From: Chrysomallon squamiferum
Taxonomy: Eukaryota; Animalia; Mollusca
Direction of reading: 5' to 3'
Assembly: GCA_012295275.1 (NCBI GenBank)
Contig: CM022679.1
Span: 1,922,001 to 1,986,000, forward strand
DNA: 64,000 nucleotides
The notes under the pieces are model-generated. The model was not told the DNA's origin, did not search any database, and saw only the letters and a program-made list of their open reading frames with translations. A program made the translations under genes and the position numbers. Numbering within the stretch: position 1 is the stretch's first letter; every line of letters starts with the position of its first letter. Below, piece after piece: positions 38,601 to 50,498 of this stretch.

Positions 38601-40932
38601 CTTTTTTTTATGCTTCCAAGATATTTTAATAATCAATCTTTTGTTTTGGTGTTAACAAATACCTAAAGTGTAAATACACTTATTACATTTCCACATGATT
38701 ATTTTGTTTATCTATTCACTGCAGATGTGATATAAGTTTGGTGTAACAGATGTGATTAAGAGTGTGTTTTAAAACAGTGTGTAATCAAGTCACAGACAGT
38801 TAATACCTTATTGATGTTTGTGGCTCAATCACATACTACTTTATATGTATTTAATAATGTTTTTATGATCTGTGCTTTGTTAGAATTAATATTTAATGTT
38901 TGATCACCAGCCTGAATCACATATATTCTGTTTAATATATTAATTTCACATGTATCAGCTGGAAGGTGTTAACATGAAATAAGATATTAAACAGTTTGTA
39001 CGTGTATTGGTTAGATTCGTGTTACTTTCTGTTTGTTGTAGAAAGAAACAGATCATTAAACTTGAAGTTCATGATATGTAAAATCTGTACACAAAATTAG
39101 AAATGTTCAGAAATATTAGTTTTGTAATAATGTTGCTGATATAGCCCTGCAGAATTATTTTTTTCATAGTTGCTTTTCATACAGAAAATATGCGTATGTA
39201 CACACCATGTATATTTATTATCTATGAATTTATTTATTATAATTTAACTGTGATTACACAGGGGTTGTTTTATTGAGTTTCGAAGTGGAATGATCAACAT
39301 CTGCCCAGTGGGGAGAAGCTGTTCCCAAGAAGAACGACTCCAGTTTGCACAGTTTGACAAAGTACACAGCAGTTTTAAATGTTTTGTATCTAACAGTTTG
39401 ACAAAGTACACAATAGTTTTAAATGTTTTGTATCTAACAGTTTGACAAAGTACACAATAGTTTTAAATGTTTTGTATCTAGCAGTTTGACAAAGTACACA
39501 ACAGTTTTACATGTTTTGTATCAAACAGTTTGACAAAGTACACAACAGTTTTACATGTTTTGTATCTAACAGTTTGACAAAGTACACAGCAGTTTTAAAT
39601 GTTTTTTTAATCTAACAGTTTGACAAAGTACACAACAGTTTTAAATGTTTTTTTAATCTAACAGTTTGACAAAGTACACAACAGTTTTAAATGTTTTAAA
39701 TCTAACAGTTTGACAAAGTACACAACAGTTTTAAATGTTTTTTAAATCAAACAGTTTGACAAAGTACACAACAGTTAAATGTTTTTTAAATCGAACAGTT
39801 TGACAAAGTACACAACAGTTTTAAATGTTTTGTATCTAACAGTTTGACAAAGTGCGCAACAGTTTTAAATGTTTTTTAAGTTTGACAAAGTACACAGCAG
39901 TTTTAAATGTTTTTTTAATCTAACAGTTTGACAAAGTACACAAAAGTCTTGTTTTAAATTGTTTTTTATCTAACACTTTGACATTTTAAAAAACATCTTA
40001 TGTCATTTTCAACTATTTGTTGTCTACCACGATGGCAAATACATAAATGGTTAATCTCCAAGAATTTCCAAAAACAGTTTTAGAATTTATGTAACAGAGT
40101 TTGAGTTCTGTGTTTGTAGAAATAAAAAAAATGGTAAAATAACCATGGTAGTAAGCACAACCTTTGTTATGTGCATTTGTATCTTGTAAATCATTAAAGT
40201 TTTAATATTGCCGTTAATGATTTCAGGAAAACAAGATCAGGGAAAAGTTCGTTGAAGCTTTAACAAAGAATTTTGTTAACTCTGGTTTGGTGTTTGCTAT
40301 CGGAGGACAGATTAGTATTGATGTTTATCCCGAAGGCTGGGATAAGACATTTTGTTTACAGTACATTGAGAAAGATAACTACAAAAATGTACATTTCTTT
40401 GGAGACAAAACAGCAAAAGTAAGTTGTTTTTGTTTTTTCAAATATTTATTAATTAATTTATGGGACTGTAGTCTGAAACTATTAATCTTTCTCAATAAAT
40501 ATTTGTTTACGGTTTTAATTTCGTTACTAACAATGTACAAATGTGGTAAAGAACTGAATCTCACATTACTGTATATTCTTACATCTTTTGTAAACTGCTT
40601 ATTCTTCTCTTGTTTTTTTTAGGTAATGGAATACATTTTTCAGCAAGAAAGGCAAAGAAATTATTTTTAAAAATTTCTTATTCCTTTGTTTTATAACATC
40701 TTATATGTTAATGTTGGTATTTTTGATATAATTATTATTACTAATACTATAATAAATTTACTTACTTATTTATTTATTTATTTATTTATTTTCTTCTATA
40801 TAAATCTGATTGTTGTTGTTTTTGTTTCAGGGAGGAAATGATCATGAAATCTTTGAGGACCCACGGACAATTGGACATAAAGTTTCCAATCCAGACGACA
40901 CTATAAAACAAATAACTGATATGTTGTTTTGA
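35666..40932 (+). CDS. PMM2: Eukaryotic phosphomannomutase (PMM1/PMM2 family, HAD IIB)
   Basis: Exons 35666-35737 ([12 protein letters not shown]), 36206-36323 (VGGSD), 36873-36949 ([10 protein letters not shown]), 37893-37984, 39262-39361 ([23 protein letters not shown]), 40227-40418 ([21 protein letters not shown]) and 40831-40932 ([11 protein letters not shown]). Confidence 0.96.
39349..39945 (+). repeat. 14 x ~44-bp tandem repeat spanning the PMM exon 5 end and donor
   Basis: Unit acagtttgacaaa|gtacacaacagttttaaatgttttgtatcta. The first copy is the real exon end (cag ttt gac aaa|gt). Confidence 0.95.
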
Positions 40933-42973
40933 AAATAGCCTTATACAAATTATATTTTTGTATCCATTCCAAACATACACAGTAATTTAATTACACAAAA
41001 CATTTGCCTCAGAAACAAACTACTACACACATAGATAGAATACAGATAAAGATAAAAAGAAAAAATCAGAACATTATAATATTACAAAATGTAATAAAGA
41101 AATCCATTTCATTAGATCATTATTTAAGTTTCATTTTGTTTTAATAAAAATAAATAAAAATCATGATACTTTAGGTTTTAATAAAAATAAATAAGATGCT
41201 TTTGGTTTTAATAAAAGTAAATAGAAATATATATCTATATTGACAGCCTCTGCATCTCATCCACCTTATTAATTTATTATTAGGGAAGATTTTTATCCAT
41301 TTAAATATAAATTTCTCTGTACCATCAGATATATATATATGTGTGTGTATATATAAAATGTTCATTCATTCATGTGAGGGATGTGCTTTAAGGTTCTATA
41401 CACACCTGTATAATGAGGGATTTAAATTATTTTTAAAGGTTTTGTACAAAGGGATAACATTATTCAAAAATTGGTGTAGCTGCAGATCAAAATTTATGGA
41501 CATTTAAAAAACTACAAGGTAGAGTGTATAGCCAAATAGGTTTTACTGAAAATATAACTGAGCCGTTTTTTAATGTATAAAATGGGACACAGACACTGCT
41601 GATTAGCATAGGTACATTGTTTTGTGTAAACCCTACTTAAGTTAAATATGTACATCAGAGCATACCTATTTAGTAGTAGTGTGTTACAAAGATTTTACAA
41701 TTTTAATTTAAAAAAAGAAATGTTACTATGGATCTGTGTATGTCAGTGGCTATCTGTCATTTGTATAGACCAAATATTTCAGTCTGTACATCAAATTATC
41801 ATTATTATTTTTATTATTATACATTTATTTTGTATTATTTGTACCATGTATTCAGATACATACACGCTTACTTACAGGCAGGCAGGCTGAACTACACAGA
41901 CAGACAAATATATAGATGTATATGCAAATATTGTGAAGCAATCTCATGATATGCAGATGAACATTGTTATAAAATTCACCAAGAGAATCAATCCAACGTT
42001 ATGCAGGAAATAAAATATTTTACAGCCTACATAATATTGTAATGATAAACTGAAAAGTAAAAATTAAAATTGTTTATTATTAATTTCACTTCAACTTTTT
42101 TATCCTAAAATTTTGCAGTTTTATCTCTTACCATTAGCATAAAAAAGCACAAATATTTGATCAAATACATAACTTATTATTTCACATTATCCATCATTTT
42201 ACTGTGGATTATTTTATGTAAGACTTTCATATGCTTTCAAGTAATGGAGTAGGTCATGTCCAACATTTTTTGTCTTTGTGTAAATACTGGAAGGGATTAT
42301 TAAAATTTGCGGTGTTGGAATAATGAGATAACTTTTTAAAATCTTATGAAGTTGATAAGTGGAAATATTTTGATATCAACATGTCTAAATGATTTTCAGG
42401 CCTACAAAAAGGGTAAAAAAACATTCAGTATTAAATGTTTTTCTTACTTTCTTATGGCTTTGACTTAGAAACCCAGCAAAAAACACCACATCAGACTGAT
42501 GAAAATTAACAAAAAAACCCCAAAGAAATGACTAGTAAGAACTGTGGATGAAATGCAGTGAAAGATTATTTGAAAGTTGTTGTATGTGCAATATGCGTAA
42601 CATTCCATCTTGAAAAATGATTATTCAAATATATTTTTGATCTCAGCATAATGACTACACATATTAAACAAATGTTTAACAATGCTTGTTAATTTTTGTA
42701 TTTATATTACTGATTTATTGATTGACTGAATGCTTTATAATTTTTATTTATTTGTTTTTGGACATATGGAAGTAAGTTTTGCCTAGCTGCAATCCAGCTG
42801 TAAGAAGAAAACAAATGTTGACAATGAATTTTTTGTTGAATGAATCATGACTCTGAATCATGTTACTTGATCAACAATTTACAAATTAGTAAACGTAACC
42901 AGTTTTATTAAAGAAAAATAAACAACAAAATATCAGGTGGCAAAATAAACTTTATCACAAATTTAAAAGAAAT

Positions 42974-45900
42974 TCATCCCATAGATATATCAACTGGGAG
43001 ACTGATGTTGCTGAAGGAATAGAAAGCAATTTCCCCGTTGTCGACCACAGCCCAGTGTAATGGTACTCCATCATTCAAGTTTTCAGTTGCTGCAGTGAGG
43101 TCAGCCAAGTTCGGTGGACTGTCAGAACTTCTGAAAAAATAATAATGGTTTTATTAATATTATAGTATCTGTCAGAATTAATTAATGTACATTTAATTTC
43201 ATATCTATTACACAGAAAATGTTTAAAAGATGATTAAATACACAAGTATGAAAGCACTATTATTATGCCACCATTTCCATGCACCGAGATATTAACTGTA
43301 GAATCTTGCACATATTTTAAAGTCAGTTTTATAATGAACTGACTGGGTGGGCTGACTACAATAGTTTTTTTCCTATTCCAATCAATGCCCTTCAAGTAGT
43401 ATGTAAGCAGTTGTGATATGTGTTTTTGTTTTTTTTACACAAAATTTTTATTTGAAATCAAAGCAAGTATGCAATGTATTGGTTTCAGCAGGATTTTTCT
43501 GGTGTATAACTGATGAAATAAAAATAAAGGTGACTGTTAATATTAAAAAGTGTTCAGTGTTGTTAAGTATTTAGTACCTGGTTACACACACTCTGTGATT
43601 GGGAAGACCTGGAGCTGACTTCTTGAACTTTCCATCAGGAAGAAAAACATCAAACGAAATCTTTATTTGTCTAGATCTGAGAATTAATAAAAATAAAAAT
43701 AAAAACAATAAAAATAATAATTAAAAAGTAAAAATAATAGTAATAATAAAAATAAACTAAGATATGATAATAACTACAAAACTTCTTTTTTTTTTTTTGA
43801 AAGAGTAAAGAACACTTAAGTTAAATTTGTTTTCAAATTTTTAATTATTTTTTCTTGTATCTGCTGGATTGATTACCAAAGCATACATGCGTAGATTTTG
43901 AAGAGCTAGGTACCAGGTACATTCAACTTGAAAATGTACTTTATGTTCACATTTTAATGAAAACAATTAATTACATTTTTAACATTTTTTATACGGAAGC
44001 TTGAAACCATTAGTCTGTTGTAAAAATAAATTTATTTTTGTAATATCAAGGGAAAATTTGAAGTGAAATAAACAACATCCAACTTACTGTTTTAAATGTC
44101 CAGGTTTATAAGGTTTGATTATACTCAGTCTGCTCAGAATATTTGCTGCAATTAAAACAAAAATAAATTTTTAGAATTGTTTAATTTTTTTTTAGAAATA
44201 CTCTAATTGGCACCATTGGTTTTAAAGTATATCATTATATAGAAGTAAATTAAATAACAACAACAAAAAACTAAATAATAATAATAATAATTAATAAAAC
44301 AAATCAAAATAATATAATAATTAAAAAAGGAAATAACAATAAGCAAAATAATAAGAAACATAAGCTTAAAAAGAAATCAAAAACACTTACCTGTAGATAT
44401 TGCATCTTCTGGTCTGACAAGTGGAGTTACCTCCCCTCCCCACAAATGACTTACTGGTGTGTCAACTGTATTTACACTTGTTTTTTCTCTCAGCTTCTTT
44501 TTATGCTCCTCCCAGTTGTTGGCTTCTATTTTATTTTGTGAACACATCCAGTCAGCGTAAGAGAAATGTAAACTTTCTAAACATGGATCTGATTGCAGAT
44601 TTCTGTTGCTATAACTGAAGTTGAAATTTTCTCTATACTTGACCACGTCAAAGATACACTGATCATTAATCTCTTCTGATACTTCAACATTTGGAGGCAA
44701 CAGTTTTCTTGAAGGAATTTTTAAAATGACAGAATCTTTACCTGCAATGTTTGGGAAATCAATTTCATCAAAGTTCCATTTAGAACATTTCATCCTTTGT
44801 TTTTTAACTGATTTTAAATTTGTCCATTCTGTAACATTCCAAACATTTTGAAACTGTTTTTGGTTCATACATTTTTCTTCAACATGTTCTGCTAGTGTTT
44901 CATGTCTGCTCTCACACTTGTGTTTTTTCTCAGAACTGATAGAGGACAGATTTGGCTCCTCTTTCAACAGCTTTTTATCATCCCCTTTTGTTATCTTTTG
45001 TAGGTTTGGATTATCAATTCCTTTATCATTTTTTCTAAAACCAGATATTTCTGTATCCATCAAGTCCTTTTCATAACTGTTTGGATCGTTTATTTCCAAT
45101 TCTAGGATGTTCTGTTTCTCATCAGATAAATTTATCTCCATCTTATTATCTTCTGGATGTTTTTCTTCATTTACTTCACATGTGTTCATTTTATTCTTTT
45201 CTGATTCATCTTTGTCATCAAAAAGCTTTTGTTTCTTTTCTTCTTTTTGTGAATCTATGCCTGCCTGTTTGGTTTCTCCAGTACTAGATTTATCTTTTTC
45301 TTCAAGTTTTCGTTTTCTTTGTTTTAAATGTTTGACATATTTATCTAGTTTAATCTTTCTCTCATATGGGGTAACAACACATCTGAAAACAAAACAAAAC
45401 ATTTTAAAACTTAGCAAATAAACTGTGAAAAAAACAAACAAAAAACCTTGTAGTTTATTCTCTTTTAATATTTTGTCAGTATACCTATAAGATAAAGGAA
45501 GGAAAAACAAAAAAGTATTGTTCATTGAATACAAATAAATAATGTTTGAAATGATGTATTAGCATATAAGATATATAAATATATATATTTATTTATATTG
45601 TAATAAGAACATTGCAGGAGCTTAAATAAAATAAATACCAAAACAATTGTGGCACAACAAAATCTGAAAAATAACCTAATTGCAATTGTCCCGAGTGAAA
45701 TAAATTGTGTTTAACATGCTTCGTTCAGTTGTAACAGTTAAATTTGTTCTTTATGATAGTGTTGAATAAAAAATATTTCATAAAATGTTACTGAATATCA
45801 AAAATAAAGATATAAATAAACAGTACCTACTTGCCTCTGTGTCTGAGAACAACATAACCCAGTCGTCTGAGATGTGCATATACCTGGTATTCCTCTAGTT

Positions 45901-47402
45901 CTTTTGAACTCTTCAGGAAAAGAGAGTATGCTTCCTGTATACTCAGTGGTATGTCTTTATAATACACCTCAAACACTAGCTGAAATACAAATCTCATTTT
46001 ATGAAGGAAAAAAATAAAAAGCTTTTTGGTACGCTTTCTTTTTCAGATCTAATAATGTTAAACTTTATTAGTAGCAATGGTTGGGATACAGATGCAGATG
46101 TCTTTTAATTATTGTTAAACTTTATTATTAGCAAAGAGTGTGGAAAGCATTAATTGCCAACTTGTTTTAATATTTATTATAGCTACTGTTTGTTACACTT
46201 TATTGACACTACTTGTCAAGACTGGCAAACATACACTTAAAACAATCACTAGCAAACACACAAGGTACATTTTAGAATATGTGCCCATGAAACAATAGGT
46301 ACAAGAATTAAAAAAAAGTTCAAACTATATTGAGAATTCATATTCATACATTTACAGTATGATGACTTCCAACTAATTTTGATAATACTCTAGATGTTTG
46401 TAAATCTTACTGTTTCCATCAGATAAAGTGCTTCTTCAGGGTACAGCCATTTTCTGCTGCTGTCCACAAAACCCATATGACTCCAGAATTTACCCTGAAT
46501 AAAAATATGTTTAAATATGTAACAAAATAATCTGAGATAAAATAACACAATAAAATTAAATTTTAAAGAAATAGTTATGATGTCAATTCCTACCAAAGCA
46601 TAAACTATGATAAAGAGAAATGTACAAGAGCCTGAAGTGGCTGTCGTATATTTTTAAACAAACAGTAATCTCTCCTAAAATATTTACATGATATGACCTG
46701 TGTTTTATTTTAAAATGAAACAGCAGTTTTACTTTTTGGTAAACAGCATAAATTAAATATTACAACTGTGGATACTGACATAACAGTTTGTTTTTTACAG
46801 TGAAATAAAAAAAATATTCTTGAAGCTAACATATTTTGTTTCATTATTATGAAAAATATACTAAGAATAATATTATGTTCTGTTAAATTAAAAGAACATT
46901 ACTGATATGTGCAATAAAAATATTTTTTTACCAACCATTTCCTTTTTGAATTCCACAAGCCCAACTTGAGGGTTCCATTCTCCCTTGACAAGACTTCCTC
47001 TAAATAACAGAATAAAAAATATTCTTAATCTATACAACAGGAACGACATATACAGTATTACAAATATATATATATACAAAAGACAAACAATAAATATGAC
47101 ACACATAAAACGACTTAAATGAACATTTACTGATACATAAAAAATTATGTAAATTAAGTTTAAAATACAATACTATATTAGTTTTTCTGCTTGTATTCAG
47201 GTTGTGTCATGAGCATTTCAGTTTATGGGAAAGTGTAAATACAAGAATTCTTCTGCTAAGAGAAAGAACAACCCATGTTATGGCACTATTATTTGGTTTT
47301 ATTTGTTTATATTATCATTCTGTAAAGTATAAATTATTTACATCTATTACCTGTTTTTTACCTATGTATATCATTCTATGAAGCATAAATATATATAATA
47401 AT

Positions 47403-47447
<45 letters not shown>

Positions 47448-47456
47448 TTATTTGTA

Positions 47457-47487
<31 letters not shown>

Positions 47488-48179
47488 CATTAATATGAAA
47501 TGTGAGATGAGGTGAAGTAATATTCATTCAGTCACACACTAACACTTTTTTCCATACAGAGACAGTACTAGCTAATTACAGTTGAAACAGGTTTGTGTTA
47601 CTTGCAGTTTTTCTACTCTTTGCTCTGAGAGTACAGCCTTTCTTTCTTGATGGAATGCCTCTATTTGTTTGTTCTGTAGCCATGTGCCATCTGGTGCATA
47701 GTCCTTGGCACCACCTTTCTGTGGTACGGTCCTGTCGCGCGGAAGTCGATACTTGAACAGTTCCTCTGGTCTAGAACAAAACACATATAAAATTAAACTA
47801 TTCAGTTTTTATGCAGTACTTGCCTGTTTGATGATATATATTATTATTACGATATTTATATTAGCAGAATCTAGGTTTTGGTTAATACATGTTTAATTCA
47901 ATGTTAAAATATTATTATTGCTAAGTTCAAAATGTCATTTAAGTGCTCAACAGGTCGGTTTCTGATACGTGATACTGATAGTTACTGAACGTAAACATTA
48001 TTGATCAGATTTTCAATAAGAAACCTAACATTTTTTAAAACAGGACAAACGAATTTTAACATGGGATGATTTACACTTAAGACTAAGAGTAACTCAGCAC
48101 ATATTAACTAAGGCTAAGCTTAAGAAATATTTTGTTCTTTTTTTTCAACTTACTTCAATAAACATCTGTCTTTAAACAT
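42974..48179 (-). CDS. TSEN54: tRNA-splicing endonuclease subunit Sen54
   Basis: Exons 48179-48154, 47770-47606 (GAKDYAPDG..EQRVEKL), 46999-46936 (GSLVKGEW), 46494-46411 (GKFWSHMG..LYPEEALYLME), 45979-45831 (PLSIQEAY..YQVYAHLRRLGYVV), 45382-44391 (..LWGGEVTPLVRP), 44145-44088, 43676-43578 (ISFDVF..FKKSAPG) and 43130-42974 (WAVVDNGEIAFYSF..TGA). The first exon is less certain. Confidence 0.92.
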
Positions 48180-48477
48180 AATGTATTTTTAAATTAGCAG
48201 TAAAAACTGATTCACATCTAAACAAGAAGTAGCTTCACGCGACAATAAAAGTTTGCAGAAGTATATCGCTTCAAAAGAATACAGAGCATGACCAATTTTA
48301 TAATGGGCGCAGACATCTTGAATTCGCGCACATGCGTAGACATAGCATTTTTCATGGCGGAATGTCAATGTAAACTGAAAACAACAGCAACAATATCAAC
48401 CATCTGATGAATATTGAGATGCCATTTAACAGAAGTAGGACTGTTGTGTAACTCTGTCGGAAGAGTACAAGTTCAGT
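48180..48477. promoter_or_regulatory. Putative bidirectional promoter between TSEN54 and KATNIP
   Basis: About 300 bp between divergent start codons, with a local CpG cluster, an NRF1-like cgcgcacatgcgta (~48325) and a YY1-like catggcgg (~48353). Motif assignments are loose. Confidence 0.6.
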
Positions 48478-50467
48478 ATGGAAAGTAAGTAATTTCAAGT
48501 ACCTTGTTATGGAATATGACTTTACTTTTCAACTACGTAAGGTCTGAAATAAATAAAAACTCCAGCTCTAAAAAGGTTATTCACATATATGATATAATAA
48601 TACAGAATTTCATTTAATTGCATTTACAAATTATGTTTAAACTTTAATGAAATGTTTTAATTCATAAAAAGAAATGAACAGAGATCTTAAATAAAATAAT
48701 TTTGTGAAACAAAAGACAAAATTAATAACTTCAGGGTAAAAAGTTATTTATAATGTCTATTAATTTTCTTTAGATAAATATAAAATGTAAGTCTGTAAAT
48801 ATTAATATTTTTTATTTGTAAAAGGAAAGTCAATAAATAATAGTTGAATACACTGAGAACTACATAATTATGAACCAAGTTGTATTTAGAACACATAATC
48901 ATGATAATGATATTTATAATACTAATAAATACCTAAAACTCATGATACTGGAATCAAAAATAAATAATTAATACAAAAAATTAATTGTAATAGGGTGTGA
49001 TAAAACTTAATTATTAATTAATTTGGAATTTGTTTTTGTAGATAAATCAAGAAAAAAATGGGGAAGAAAAGATAATGAAATAAAGCTGCCCATAAGTGTA
49101 AGTATGCATTTGTTTGTATTATATATTATTAAATCTGTGAAACTTGTAAGTGTGTGTATACATATATGTATTCATGTGTATGTTTATACAAATGTTTACA
49201 TATATTTGTTGTGCTTTTTTATATATATATATTTGATTCAGTTATAAATGAGACTGTATTATCTACATATGAATATCATCAAAAGACAATTATGAATACA
49301 GTTTTGTTATTAACACATGCATTAATATTCTGACACACAGGCTCCAGCTGCAAAAGAAGAAATTTTACCTCAGTATGGAGAACATCTATTACTGCTTCAA
49401 GAAAGAAACAGGTAAGTGACATTTCACATTGTTACAACATCTAGACAAATATACAACATCTTGACAAATAAACAACATAAATAGATCCTAATCCTGTTGT
49501 AGTTTAGTTACTGGAGACAAACCTTTTTTTTTCATTAATAAAATTAAACAATTTAATGCATAAAAATGATAAAGTTTGTAACATTATATTTCACTGTGCT
49601 GAAAGTGTTTTCTCTGATGTTGTTCATATGGTTTTATTTTATTTTATATTATTATTTTAATTATTATTATTGTTATTTTTATTATTATCTTGTTTTTATG
49701 AAGGTTGATTAGAAAGTTGAAAAGAAAAGACAAGAAGCAGATAATGCTGGAGAAGAAAGAGAATGGTTTTGTTTTGTATGTGAACGGAGCGAATGCTGAC
49801 AGAGATGTTGCCACACAGAACACTTCTGCAGGGATAAGACCAGCCCACACTGCTGCAGGTACAAACAATTTTATGTACTTGGCACATTCTGTTTGGCTAT
49901 CAACATGTTGTTGCTTGTTTTTTTGTTTTTTATTTTAAATAATGAAACTTCAGATAAAAATTGTATTCATCGCACTAATACCCCCTTTTTCTTTTCATTT
50001 CTTTTTTTAAATTAATTTCTTTGATCCACAATTTTTTTTTTATGTTACAAATCATAGCCTAGTTCATTATTTGATTTATTAATAAAACAACAAAGTGATT
50101 ACATATAAAATGTTAGGTTTCCTTTCATGTTGCCATGTTTCTCTGACTATTGAGTGAATTGTTTGTTGTGTTTCAGAACCTCGCAGACATTACATTATGA
50201 ATGTACAGGATCTGTTAGAACTGGAAGCGGAGGAGAAGCGTCTGTACGAGGACAAGAAAAGAGCAAGGACAGCGCCAAGTAAAACACCACGCAAGACATG
50301 GAATGTCAGCTCAGTGGACATCACCACAGACAGGGGAAAGAGAAAAGTGAAAGCTCCAGGTACACACATTTCAAACAGTTCTCTCATATTTGTAATTTTG
50401 GTAATTTTCACTGCTTTTTTTCTTTTTTATGTGTCTTTTTAAATAAAAAATAAATAAATATTAAATT

Positions 50468-50498
<31 letters not shown>

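Noticed and set aside
42340-42900. Acceptor-like sites on the minus strand downstream of the TSEN54 stop (42402, 42798), suggesting 3'UTR introns or an alternative last exon
   Set aside because: No strong matching donor and only a short, unrecognisable peptide. Such sites arise often by chance in T-rich DNA.
44377-45534. 385-aa K/E-rich ORF as an independent gene
   Set aside because: It is the large, low-complexity internal exon of TSEN54 (45382-44391) with intronic read-through at both ends.
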